In this document: one piece after another, positions 42,311 through 52,776 of the stretch
Position numbering within the stretch: position 1 is the first letter of the stretch
How the letters are laid out: each line of letters begins with the position of its first letter
Origin: an uncultured delta proteobacterium
GTDB taxonomy: Bacteria; Desulfobacterota; Desulfomonilia; Desulfomonilales; Desulfomonilaceae
Assembly: GCA_963789265.1 (NCBI GenBank)
Contig: CAWBKB010000005.1
Location: 128,001 to 192,000, forward strand
Length of the DNA stretch: 64,000 nt
Reading direction: 5' to 3'
Made by a program: the position numbers and the translations under genes
Notes under the pieces: model-generated
Seen by the model: only the letters and a program-made list of their open reading frames with translations
Databases searched by the model: none
What the model was told of the DNA's origin: nothing

Positions 42311-42534
42311 GGTCAGAGACACTCCTACTTGCGGAACGGCATGCCAATAAATTCATTGTGATTAATATTAGCTTATATTATCATTATTTGCAATAATTAA
42401 TTAATGTAAAACGTCGCTTAATACATATAAGCGTTTTAACCGTTCAGCGGAAAAGATTCTCGGATTCCATCAGCCATTGACAACACCTTAGTGCTCTGTT
42501 TCATAAATTCGGTCGCGGATTTTCACCGTGGAGC

Positions 42535-43156
42535 TTGCTTCGTCGTTTCACTTCTCGCAATGACACCATCCATGCCTGTCATTGCGAGCGAAGCGAAGCA
42601 ATCGCAAGGGCTTACGAAACGACGAAGGGAAACTGTTTCGTCGCGTGGCTTCTGGTAATTCCATAAACATGGAGCGACAATACTACGTCTACATTCTCAC
42701 CAATCGCAGTAACACGGTCCTGTACACCGGAGTGACCGGCGACCTCAAGAGACGCGTCTGGCAGCACCGAAAGAAGCTGGTGCCAGGCTTTACTCAGCGG
42801 TACAAAGTTTACAAACTAGTGTTTCACGAGATCACGTGTGATGTGCATGTGGCGATAGCCCGAGAAAAACAGACAAAGGCAGGTTCTCGCCAGAAGAAAA
42901 TTGATCTTATCGAAGCCATGAATCCCGAATAGCAAGATCTATACGAATACTTGTGGGAAATCACCCGGAGCGAAACTGGAGATTGCTTCGTCGTTTCTCT
43001 CCTCGCAATGACACCTTCCATGCCTGTCATTGCGAGCAAAGCGAAGCAATCTCTTCCTTTAAACCCCGCTCAGATTGCCGGTGGGACGGGCATCCTGCCC
43101 GTCATCCACCATAGACAGGCTGGAAGCCTGTCCCACCATTCACTCCTCGCAATGAC
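42535..43156. mobile_element. Palindromic-repeat-bounded GIY-YIG cassette (putative mobile unit)
   Basis: 69-bp direct repeats at 42535-42603 and 42983-43051 (65/69 identical), each self-complementary, plus an extra half repeat at 43141-43156. Confidence 0.7.
42669..42932 (+). CDS. Stand-alone GIY-YIG nuclease; TAG replaces the expected Trp in NPEW.DL (possible pseudogene)
   Basis: YYVYILTN...LYTGVT.DLKRRVWQH...FT.RY...LV...AIAREKQ.K...RQKKI.LIE..NPE*QDLYE. Confidence 0.88.
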   Translation: MERQYYVYILTNRSNTVLYTGVTGDLKRRVWQHRKKLVPGFTQRYKVYKLVFHEITCDVHVAIAREKQTKAGSRQKKIDLIEAMNPE

Positions 43157-43241
43157 AGGGGTTCGACAATTCCCCCGCGCAAGTGCTGTTTTGCAAGTCC
43201 TGAATAAAGCTTGGTTATTCTAAAGCCTGCGGAGGCAGGGC

Positions 43242-43598
43242 TTAATGTAGGTACCCGTTGGGTTGACAGGAGCCGTCCTTGCACGCGACTGCCCTGATCA
43301 GTTCGGGTTCGATAACGCTCATCTGGGTCTGGTCGTCAACCTTGGCTTGAATGAACGAAACAAGATTCTCGAAGTCTTGTTTGGTAATCACTGGGAACTT
43401 GTCGGTCAGGTCGGAACCCGCGTAGTCCAGAGCGGTAAAATTCCCGGTATGCGGATCGACTTCTCCGGAGATCTGTATAACCTCGACATTGTCGTCGGAG
43501 GCATATCGGCCCACAATGGCCAGTCCTCGGGATCGAGAGAAGTACAGCATAGCGACTTTGTAAACGCCCGACGATTCAAACAACTCGAAGGGATTCAT
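43242..43598 (-). CDS. Hypothetical protein
   Basis: 118-aa ATG-started ORF with plausible composition; no motif recognised. Confidence 0.6.
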   Translation of the reverse strand: MNPFELFESSGVYKVAMLYFSRSRGLAIVGRYASDDNVEVIQISGEVDPHTGNFTALDYAGSDLTDKFPVITKQDFENLVSFIQAKVDDQTQMSVIEPELIRAVACKDGSCQPNGYLH

Positions 43599-43997
43599 CT
43601 CTTATTTCCCACATCTAAGAAGGACGTTCAGGTGACGGCTCAAAACGTATTTGACTTAACATCAATCTAACAGCGGCAACTGGGAATGTCAAGGAAGCTA
43701 TCGCCACCCTGGAGGGCGCGCGCAGGCGCGCCTACAGGGGCTTTTCCGAGTTCTTCTTCAATGGCGCGATGACCGCGTCACTAAATGCCTTTCGTTCCAG
43801 CCGCGCTGATAAGCTCCTGCACTCTTACTCAGACGAGAATGGGAAGCATTTTTGCAATGTTAGCGTCTTCAGGGGCAGTTATCCTATAACTTCGGTCTGT
43901 CATCTAAAAACTTGTTTGCAAGGCGGTTCTTCTCTTCCATTGTAAAGAATGTTACGCTATAACTACTTCTAGGGGATTGCTCGAACCGGAGGATCAG

Positions 43998-45971
43998 ATG
44001 AAGCAGATCATTTTTGGGCGCTGGGGTCACGTCCTTAGGGATTATCGGCAAGAAGGCGAACCATCCGTAGATCTAACTGCCGGATTTCCGAGCGCAGGGG
44101 TATTCCCGGAGAACATCGTCGCTCTTATGAGCGGCAAAGGCTTCCTACAGTTTGAAGAAGATTTCAACTTCGTTCCCATGATAAGAGATTACATCAGTCA
44201 GATTCAGGCCAAGTACCGCTGCGGGAAGTGCATCACCGGTATCAAAGGTTCGAAGATGCTGCTGCTCACCCTTGACAAGATCATGCGGGGAGACGGTAGA
44301 GAATCCGATCTAGAAATTCTGTCCCGCATGGCGGACATCCTCAATGACGCTGCCAAATGCTCGGTCTGCCAGAGCGCCGGCGAGCTGCTGAGAGAGGGCC
44401 TTACTCATTTCCGAGAGGATTTTCTCAGGGCTGTTCGTGACGGCGTGCCCGGAGATTCGGTCAGTTATCGGGGAAGCATTTCTGCGCCCTGCATGAACAC
44501 CTGCCCCTGCCATATCAATATACCGGGTTATGTGGAGATGCTCCTTGAACTCCGTTATGGGGAAGCCCTCAGGATAATAAGAGAAGAGATGCCTTTACCG
44601 GGCATAACCGGACGCATTTGTCCTGCCCCATGTGAAAAAGCTTGCAGTGTCGCAAATATGGGAGATGTCGCCATTCCCATCAAGACGCTAAAACGTGTTG
44701 CCGCCGATTACGAAATGTTCCACCACCTTGGGGCTCCAATCGAGAAAATTGATTTGCCCGGTCCGCCCGTAGCAGTGGTCGGTGCCGGCCCGGCAGGCAT
44801 TTCCGCGGCGTATTATTTGAACCGCCTGGGACATCCCGTAACAGTATTGGAAGCCCTTCCGGTTACCGGCGGCATGATAGGCGTCGGGATACCACCGTAC
44901 CGTCAACCGCGAGACGTGCTTCAGCGAGAAATCGACATAATAAGAGACCTCGGTGTCGAGATTAAGTTCGGGGCTCGACTGGGTAAGGATTTTACAATTC
45001 AAGATCTCTTTCATCAGGGATACAAGGCGGTCTTTCTCGGCGTCGGTTCTCATCGTTCCCTGCCACTTGGGCTCAAGGGAGAAAACGACGGGATCGGTGG
45101 TGTGTTTTCCGGCGGCATAGATTTCCTGAGAGATATTAATCTGGGCCGCGACGTAACTGTTGGCGAAAACGTCGCCATCGTGGGCGGAGGCAACACGGCA
45201 ATTGATTGCGCGAGGACGTGCCTGAGAATGGGCGCTTCCCGGGTAGGCATTGTGTACCGGCGAACCGAAGCTGAAATGCCCGCGGATCCGGAGGAAGTGG
45301 AGGATGCACGGGAAGAAGGGATCAACTTTTATTTTCTTACCCAGCCCATCGACATCCTTTCCAATGATGGGAAAATGGCAGGGCTAAAATGCATCCGCAT
45401 GCAACTGGGAGAACCGGACTGGAGCGGCCGACGACGCCCGGTTCCGGTGGAAGGATCGGAATTCGACCTGGCCGCGGATACGTTGATCCCTGCTATAGGG
45501 CAAGCTTCCAACCTTGACTTCATTTCGCCGGATGACGGCATCGAAATAGCCCGACGGGGTACCATTAAGGTTGACAAGCAAACCATGATGACTACGAGGC
45601 CCGGAGTCTTCGCAGCCGGCGATGCAGTAAGCGGTCCTCTCACGGTCGTCCACGGTTTGGCCGGAGGCAAACGGGCAGCAAAGATGATTCATGACTACGT
45701 GACCCGAGGAAAGTGCGCCCCTTCGGAACAGCATTGGATGGAAGATCTTATCGCGAGTATAGAAAAGGACCATGGGGTGCTCGTAACGGCCCGGACTCCC
45801 AGCCGAGAGGGAGGCGCCCCACCCAAGAGGAAACTTGATGCCAGGGAGAGAGTGACCAGCTTTCGCGAAGTGGACTCCGGGTTCACTCAGCGAAGTTCCT
45901 TTATAGAGGCGAGCCGGTGTCTCCGATGCTTCCATCTCATCCTCACGGCGGTGAGGGAAACCGGGGCATGA
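43998..45971 (+). CDS. sfrB: SfrB-like NADPH oxidoreductase beta subunit (NuoF-type Fe-S domain plus GltD-like flavoprotein)
   Basis: N-terminal CGKC..KCSVC, then APCMNTCP, GRICPAPCE, VGAGPAG, VGGGNTAID, YRR, FAAGD, EASRCLRC. Confidence 0.78.
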   Translation: MKQIIFGRWGHVLRDYRQEGEPSVDLTAGFPSAGVFPENIVALMSGKGFLQFEEDFNFVPMIRDYISQIQAKYRCGKCITGIKGSKMLLLTLDKIMRGDGRESDLEILSRMADILNDAAKCSVCQSAGELLREGLTHFREDFLRAVRDGVPGDSVSYRGSISAPCMNTCPCHINIPGYVEMLLELRYGEALRIIREEMPLPGITGRICPAPCEKACSVANMGDVAIPIKTLKRVAADYEMFHHLGAPIEKIDLPGPPVAVVGAGPAGISAAYYLNRLGHPVTVLEALPVTGGMIGVGIPPYRQPRDVLQREIDIIRDLGVEIKFGARLGKDFTIQDLFHQGYKAVFLGVGSHRSLPLGLKGENDGIGGVFSGGIDFLRDINLGRDVTVGENVAIVGGGNTAIDCARTCLRMGASRVGIVYRRTEAEMPADPEEVEDAREEGINFYFLTQPIDILSNDGKMAGLKCIRMQLGEPDWSGRRRPVPVEGSEFDLAADTLIPAIGQASNLDFISPDDGIEIARRGTIKVDKQTMMTTRPGVFAAGDAVSGPLTVVHGLAGGKRAAKMIHDYVTRGKCAPSEQHWMEDLIASIEKDHGVLVTARTPSREGGAPPKRKLDARERVTSFREVDSGFTQRSSFIEASRCLRCFHLILTAVRETGA

Positions 45972-46168
45972 GAAAGCACCGAACCTTTTCAGATTAAAAA
46001 GACTGTCGTCAGGCTGATCTTTGCAAGGAAGGTTTCCCGGCAATTTCTTTCGAGAAACCCCGGAATCTTAGAGAAATGGTCGGGATTCCCGTAAATCCCA
46101 AGGAGCCGGCTCAAGCCGCTACGATGCCGGCGCCTGAAGGCTTCCGTTGAGAAGACAAGGAACATACA

Positions 46169-48797
46169 ATGCCTCTGCTGACCATCGATGACATTGACGT
46201 AGCCGCCGCGGAAGGGATGACCATTCTGGAAGCAGCCAAGACTGCGGGAATCTGGATCCCCACACTCTGTTACTACCAGAAGACGAGCCCGTCCGATTCC
46301 TGTCGCATGTGCGTGGTAGAAGTCGAAGGGGTCTCACGTCCCATAACTTCCTGCAGCACGCTTGTCGCAGATGGAATGAGGGTACACACGGACACTCCTC
46401 GAGTGAGGGAGATCAGGGAAGAGGTCATGAGGTTAGTCCTAATGGACCACCCCTTGGAATGCCCTACTTGTCCGGCAGCGGGAGAATGTGAAATTCAGAA
46501 TTTGACCTATCGGCTTGGCATTCAGGGATCGGATTACCCAGTGGGAAAGCGCAGCAGTCCTCCGGTTCGGAATTGGCCTCTTATCGAGTCACAATCCGAA
46601 CCTGTGTATCACTTGCCTGCGCTGCGTGAAGGTTTGTCATGAGGTCATTGGAGCAAGCGCACTTGCGCTTACCGATGTCGGGTACAATGCCAGGATAGAC
46701 ACACGTGACGGAAACGTGCTCAATTGCGACTTCTGTGGTGAATGTGTAGAGGCGTGTCCGTCGGGGGCCATGTCGAACAAGGTGTCCAGACGGTGGGCCC
46801 GATCATGGGAACTGAGAAAGACCCCCACAATTTGTCCTCTCTGCTCTGCAGGCTGCCGATTGGAGATGAATGTCAAAGACAACCAGATCTTCCGGGTGAC
46901 TACCGACATTGAAAGCCATAACAAAGGCACATTATGCGCAGGTGGCCGCTTCGGTTACGACTTTGTTCATGACGAGAACAGGTTGCTTTCCCCTCTCCTG
47001 CGACATAACGGGGAACTCAAGCCCGCATCCTGGGAAGATGCGCTTACCTTTGTTGCGGGTAAGCTGAAAAAAATCATAAACGACTCGGGTCCTGAGAGCG
47101 TTGCGGGATTGGCATCGCCTCGTTTGACCAACGAAGATTGCTACGCATTCCAGAAGCTGTTCCGAGCAGTTATAGGTACAAACAATATCGACAGCGAGGC
47201 AAGGTTCAGTTTTCTACGAGTTCAAAGGGCTTTCGAGTTGACCGGTCTTGCAGGCTCCACGGGAAACCTTGAAGAACTACTCGACACAGAGGCCATGCTC
47301 GTAATAGGGGTGGATCCACTGGAAGAAACCCCTGCTCTAGGTTGGAAGATCAAGGCTGCCGCACGACGATATGACAGCAATGTAATTGTCGCAAACTCGC
47401 GAAAGACCAGCCTGGACAAGTTTGCGCGGGTGCGGCTGAAAATCCGCCCCTATTCGGAAAGCGATCTGGTCCTTGGGATGATGAAAATCATTCTGGATTT
47501 GGACCTGTGGGACAGGAAATTTCTCCGCGACCGGACTGTCAATTTTCTTCCCATGAAGAACCTGCTTGACAAGATTTCTCTTAAGGGCATTCTGAAGAGA
47601 ACCGGTGTTTCCAGCGAAGCACTCGAGGAAGCAGCCCGTGTTCTGGGTGAGTCCCCAAAGGCGTGCATAATCTTCGGTGGCGACGTAATCTTACAGGAGA
47701 ACGGTCTCCAATGCGCCATGAATTTGGCGAACCTCGCCCTTATGACGGGGAACGTGGGAGGAGAGGGGGCTGGACTATTCCCAATTTTCGAGAAGGGGAA
47801 CATGCTGGGAATGTGCGACATGGGGGTGCTTCCGGAATACCTCCCGGGTTTCCAGGACGCAGCATACGCCCGGGACCTCTTTGAGCGCGTCTGGAAAACG
47901 AGCCTTCCTTACGGCAAAGGGAGAACGGTTCCTGAAGTTGTCCGAGGGTTGGAAACCGGTGAGATCAAGGCTGCATACATTGCCGGCGCTGACCCGCTCA
48001 CTGATTACCCCAATGCAGGCCGTTTCGCGTCAGCATTGGAGCGGGCAGAACTGGTAATCGTGCAAGATCTTTTCCTGAGCCCGACAGCGAAGATCGCTCA
48101 CTGTGTTTTTCCGGCAGCCTCCTTTGCCGAAAAGGAAGGGACCATGACCAATATTGAGCACCGCATTCAGAAGCTCAATGCGGTAATTCCCCCGCCGGGT
48201 CAAGCCATGCCGGACTGGAGTATCTTCGAAGAGGTAGCGAAGGCCCTTGGGCGTCCCATGGGATTCTTCAAAGCCGCGGACGTGTTCAGAGATATGACTC
48301 AAACCATGCCCTACTATAAGGGCCTCAGACCACAAGACCTTGAAGGGGACGGCAGAATCGTACCCCCAATCGCTGCCGCCAATTCGCGGCTACGGGGCCG
48401 AAATTCCTACTCTTTTGCGCCGGTAAGAACGTGGGAGGCTCCCGAAAAAGAAGATGTGGCAGCATATCCGTTTGAGCTGATTGCAGGCCGTGCGATGTTT
48501 CATTTTGGGTCGACTACCACTCGTTCCAGGAACTTGCTGAACCTTTGTCCCGAAGGATATTTGGAGGTAAATTCGGAGGACGCCGCGGCACTGGGCATTA
48601 AAGAAGGAAAGCGAGTGAAAGTGAGTTCCCGCATCAGTTCCTTTGAGGCCCTCGTCAAGCTGTCCGACAAAGTTGATCGGGGGATGGTTTTTGTTCCTAC
48701 GAACTTTCCAGGCCAGTCCGTATATCGATTGTTTGAGGAGAACACTACCGTATGCAGGGTCAAATTGACCTCTGTCACAGAGGTATCTGCTCAGTGA
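46169..48797 (+). CDS. sfrA: SfrA/NuoG-like Fe-S molybdopterin-fold subunit, +1 frameshift near 46590
   Basis: IPTLC..CRMC, HPLECPTC..GEC, CITCLRC, CDFCGECVEACP, CPLCSAGC; NNIDSEARFS lacks the Cys/Sec metal ligand of formate dehydrogenases. Confidence 0.78.
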
Positions 48798-49025
48798 CCC
48801 TCCTGCGATCTGACGGATGACTCACCTGTGCCAAGGGTGATTGATTAGAGTGTAGTATGTGAGAGGAGGGGATCGGGACCTCCGCTTCTCGGACGGGAGC
48901 AGGGCCTTTGGCCGTTTATGCGGCATGCGCTGCCTCGTGGACAGAAAAACCGCCGACATTATGCTCCATTAATTCGCCGTGGAGCTCACACAAGAACCAG
49001 GGTCGCAAAATATAAGGAGGTAAGC

Positions 49026-49988
49026 ATGAACGCCCGGGGGAAACCAAAGGCAACGATACTCGTAATTGACGATGAACAGATCGTTCACGAAAGTGTCCAG
49101 AGGATTCTCGAAGAAGAAGGATACCGCGTGGAAGGAGCCTTTCGAGTGGACAAGGCTCTGGATATGCTGGCAGAAGGATCGTACGATCTGGTTCTCACAG
49201 ACTTGATGATGCCGGACCGCAGTGGGATGGACGCGGTCGAGGCCGTTGCCAGGGATCATCCCCATGCCGGTGTGGTCATGTTTACCGGATACGCCACAGT
49301 GGACTCGGCAGTGGAGTCCATGAAACTGGGGGCACTGGATTATCTCCCCAAGCCGTTCACTCCTGAAGAGTTGGTTGAGGTGACAGAGAAGGCCCTCGCC
49401 AAGACTTGGAAAGCCAGACGTGACAGGGAGATCGAGCATACATACGCGGAAGCGGAAAGGGCCCTTGTATCGAGCTTGGACTTGAAAGAGCTTTTGAACC
49501 TGATTTGCGCGAGTGTAGTTAGGCTTTTTAAGGTGAAGGGCAGCTCGCTCCTCATGTACCGGAAGAAAGATCAAACCCTGGAAATAGCTTCCTCTTTTGG
49601 CCTCAGCGACAAGTTCCTGCAAAAGGGCCTGGTCAACAGCTCAAAGAGCATCGCTGAAGTTCTTGAATCCGGACAGCCCGTCTTAATAGACGAGTCGGAT
49701 TTTGACACAAAACTACAATACCCTGCCGAAGCCAAGGAAGAGGGAATCGTTTCCGTACTGTCGCTTCCGCTTGGACTTAGCGGCACTATACTGGGCTTCC
49801 TTAGGATCTACAGCTCCGAAAAGCGCTCCTTCGACTCCGAAGAGATGAATTTGTTGGTCAAATTTGCGGAACAAGGAGCGCAAGCACTTGAAAATGCCAT
49901 GAGTTACGAAAGAGTTCGCAGCGACATTGAGGGCATGAAGAAGTCCATTCCCGGACCCCTCGCCAAGAAAATAGCGGAACAGGGCTAG
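49026..49988 (+). CDS. Receiver + GAF domain protein
   Basis: ILVIDDE, TDLMMP, KPFT, then GAF (SVLSLPL..ILGFLRIYS..QALENA). Confidence 0.9.
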   Translation: MNARGKPKATILVIDDEQIVHESVQRILEEEGYRVEGAFRVDKALDMLAEGSYDLVLTDLMMPDRSGMDAVEAVARDHPHAGVVMFTGYATVDSAVESMKLGALDYLPKPFTPEELVEVTEKALAKTWKARRDREIEHTYAEAERALVSSLDLKELLNLICASVVRLFKVKGSSLLMYRKKDQTLEIASSFGLSDKFLQKGLVNSSKSIAEVLESGQPVLIDESDFDTKLQYPAEAKEEGIVSVLSLPLGLSGTILGFLRIYSSEKRSFDSEEMNLLVKFAEQGAQALENAMSYERVRSDIEGMKKSIPGPLAKKIAEQG

Positions 49989-50028
49989 CTGCTGTTACGA
50001 ATGCATTTTTCGTTAGGAGTAGGATAAG

Positions 50029-50976
50029 ATGGACAAAAGAAATGGAAAGGTGCTGGTACTCGATGACGAGCAGATCGTGCTGGATAGTGTCACGCGTATC
50101 CTTGACGACGAGAACTATGAGGTAAAAACGTGCCGTAAGGGGCAAGAAGCCTTGGAACTTCTTAAAGAAGGCGGGTTCGACATCCTGATCACTGATTTGA
50201 AAATGCCGGGGATGGACGGACTTCAAGCTATGGAAGCCCTAACGGAAGTGGATCCCGATCTTTCCATGATAATGGTCACCGCGTATTCGACCATCGATTC
50301 AGCAGTGAAAGCTATGAAGCTAGGGGCAGTAGACTATATTCGGAAGCCATTCACTCCCGATCAACTTACAGAGCTTGTGGCCAAGGTGATGAACGATCGG
50401 AAAGTCCGCTTTGACAAACGTTATCGGGAAGACACCTTTGCAGAGATCAAGACGGCCATCTCTTCTACATTGAATTTGAAAGAAGTCCTGGACCTCATTG
50501 TCCAGGGTGTGGTCAAGGTTATGAAGGTTAAGGGAAGCACCCTGAGTTTGCTCGACAGGAAGCGGGAAAAGCTCCGTGTATTCGCATATAATGGATTGAG
50601 CCGAGAGTATGTCGAAAAAGGCCCGCTGGACTCGTCCAGGAGCCTGGGGGAGACCGTGATGAACGGCAAGCACTCCTGGGTCGAGGACGCGGCCACAGAT
50701 CCAAGAGTTCAATATCCCACCGAGGCTATGCGCGAAGGTGTCAAATCGATCCTCAGCGTGCCGTTGTTGGTTCGAAATAAAGTAATAGGGGCTCTACGCG
50801 TTTACACCTCCGACACTCGAAAGTTTACTGACGAGGAAGTCCGTTTCCTCTTTGGCTTCGCAGAACAGGTTGCCATGGCAATCGAAAACGCTCGTTCGTA
50901 TGAGGATGTTAAAGACGAGTATCAGGCCCTTCGCGATGATCTTTGGGACTATTTGGACCGAGACGGCTGGTTATGA
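50029..50976 (+). CDS. Receiver + GAF domain protein (paralog of the preceding gene)
   Basis: VLVLDDE, TDLKMP, KPFT, SILSVPL..VIGALRVYT..MAIENA. Confidence 0.92.
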   Translation: MDKRNGKVLVLDDEQIVLDSVTRILDDENYEVKTCRKGQEALELLKEGGFDILITDLKMPGMDGLQAMEALTEVDPDLSMIMVTAYSTIDSAVKAMKLGAVDYIRKPFTPDQLTELVAKVMNDRKVRFDKRYREDTFAEIKTAISSTLNLKEVLDLIVQGVVKVMKVKGSTLSLLDRKREKLRVFAYNGLSREYVEKGPLDSSRSLGETVMNGKHSWVEDAATDPRVQYPTEAMREGVKSILSVPLLVRNKVIGALRVYTSDTRKFTDEEVRFLFGFAEQVAMAIENARSYEDVKDEYQALRDDLWDYLDRDGWL

Positions 50977-51024
50977 AAGCTACATTTGGCCGCTGAACGC
51001 TATGGTTTCTGAGAGGATAGAGCC

Positions 51025-52776
51025 ATGACTGCCACCTTGGAGTCTAAGTACGTTGGAGGGTGTGGCGGTGGTAGAGCAGGTTCGCAGGATCCCTCGAACG
51101 TGGCGGAGAAAATATCCCCCTACATTACCCGGCAACCCGACCGGCTCGAACAAATACTTCGGAAAATAGAAAAGGTACTCCCTGTATGGCTTAAACCGCG
51201 GAGCGGATACCTCTTTTCGTTCAAGAACCGGATACTCGTCGGCACGTTAGTCGTTGTGATCGGCGGAGTCATCATCGTAGGGGTCATTCTTCAACTCACC
51301 GTATTCCCAAGGTTGTCTGCCGATAGCCCCTCTGCAATCCTCAACTTGATAAAGATAATTCATTTTGTGGTCAGTATTGTGGTAATCGCTGTTAGTTGTC
51401 TTTTTATCCAGTTGATCTCAAAGAGTATAACCTCCCCTCTTTTAGAGCTTACCAAGTGCGCGGATCAGATTAGTCGTGAAGCCGGCGAAAATCTTGCTTC
51501 AGGAGCGAGTGTCAACGAGGGCGAAGCCGAGGAAGACGCTGATTACGAGGCAAACGACTGCTTGCCGGCCGATGAAGTCTGCCAGCTTACCTCGTCATTT
51601 AATCGGATGCTCATCCATCTGAAGGCTTCAGAGGCGTCTCTGCGCGAGTCCCAAGAGAAATATCGGTTTCCGTTCGACAACGCCCCCTCGCCCATATTCG
51701 TGATAGACGCAAACGACCTAACGATCCTCGACGTGAATGCCAGGGCTGAAGAAGAGTATCAATACAGCAGGGAAGAACTGCTTGAGATGACCTTCGCAGA
51801 CCTTGGGCGCCATCGGGACCGGGAACAGACAGCTAAGCTCCTGACACAAATTGCCCCCACTGAAACCACGCTGCTCCCGGTTCTCCAGCATAGGCGGAGA
51901 GATGGGTCCCTGGCAGTAGTTAACTTTCAAGGCAGTTTCAGTCGCTACCGGAATCGTCCTGCAATCATCGCCGCGGTTTGGGATGTAACCGAAAAACTGG
52001 AAAAACACGCCATGCTGATTCAAGCAGGCAAAATGGCGACTCTGGGCGAAATGGCCACAGGGATCGCTCACGAGTTGAATCAGCCTCTCAATGTCATCAG
52101 GCTTGGCTGCGACTACTTTGTCAAGAAAGCCAAGGCCGGTCAGCTCTTGACTCAGGAAGATCTGGTCAATCTGACCAGGGAACTCACCTCCAGTGTCGAC
52201 CGAGCATCCCGAATCATCAATCACTTGCGTCAGTTCGGTCGCAAGAGCGACAACAGTATGGAGCCGGTTGATTTGAACATGCCCATTCGCAATGTCTTCA
52301 CTTTGTTGGGAACCCAACTGGAAGCGAGGGGCATTGTGTGGGAACTTTCGCTGGATTACCATCTCCCACAGATACTGGGTGACTCAAACAGGCTGGAACA
52401 AGTTTTTATCAACCTTCTTCTCAACGCGAGGGACGCAATGCTCGCAGAAGAAGAGCTAGCGGGAGCCGGAGAAGGAAATAAAGTCAAAAAGGTTAAAATC
52501 GCGTCATTTTTGGAAAGAAATCGAGTAGTCGCAACGGTTTCCGACACTGGACCCGGCATCCCGGAGGCGATTAGGAGCAAAGTTTTCGAGCCGTTTTTTA
52601 CAACTAAGAAGCCGGGGGAAGGAACGGGTCTCGGTCTTTCTATAAGTTATGGTATTATCCGAGAGCACCGCGGCACTATAGAGATTCATTCGGAAGGAAC
52701 ACGCGGAGCGACTTTTCGACTGACATTCCCCGTTCTGAAGACGGAGAGCCATGATGGCAACAATCCTGGTCGTTGA
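51025..52776 (+). CDS. Membrane sensor histidine kinase (TM-HAMP-PAS-HisKA-HATPase)
   Basis: Two TM segments, [42 protein letters not shown]. Confidence 0.93.
   Translation: MTATLESKYVGGCGGGRAGSQDPSNVAEKISPYITRQPDRLEQILRKIEKVLPVWLKPRSGYLFSFKNRILVGTLVVVIGGVIIVGVILQLTVFPRLSADSPSAILNLIKIIHFVVSIVVIAVSCLFIQLISKSITSPLLELTKCADQISREAGENLASGASVNEGEAEEDADYEANDCLPADEVCQLTSSFNRMLIHLKASEASLRESQEKYRFPFDNAPSPIFVIDANDLTILDVNARAEEEYQYSREELLEMTFADLGRHRDREQTAKLLTQIAPTETTLLPVLQHRRRDGSLAVVNFQGSFSRYRNRPAIIAAVWDVTEKLEKHAMLIQAGKMATLGEMATGIAHELNQPLNVIRLGCDYFVKKAKAGQLLTQEDLVNLTRELTSSVDRASRIINHLRQFGRKSDNSMEPVDLNMPIRNVFTLLGTQLEARGIVWELSLDYHLPQILGDSNRLEQVFINLLLNARDAMLAEEELAGAGEGNKVKKVKIASFLERNRVVATVSDTGPGIPEAIRSKVFEPFFTTKKPGEGTGLGLSISYGIIREHRGTIEIHSEGTRGATFRLTFPVLKTESHDGNNPGR

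Noticed and set aside
42535..43156. CRISPR array or integron attC interpretation of the repeats
   Set aside because: Only two full repeats about 450 bp apart, no regular spacers or cas genes, and no RYYYAAC/GTTRRRY cores or integron integrase
43839..43960. sigma54-like and GTAA-N6-TTAC operator-like motifs upstream of sfrB
   Set aside because: Matches to consensus are too weak to call
46515..48797. Formate dehydrogenase or selenocysteine-containing alpha subunit
   Set aside because: No Cys/Sec ligand or in-frame TGA at the expected position; the split is a frameshift
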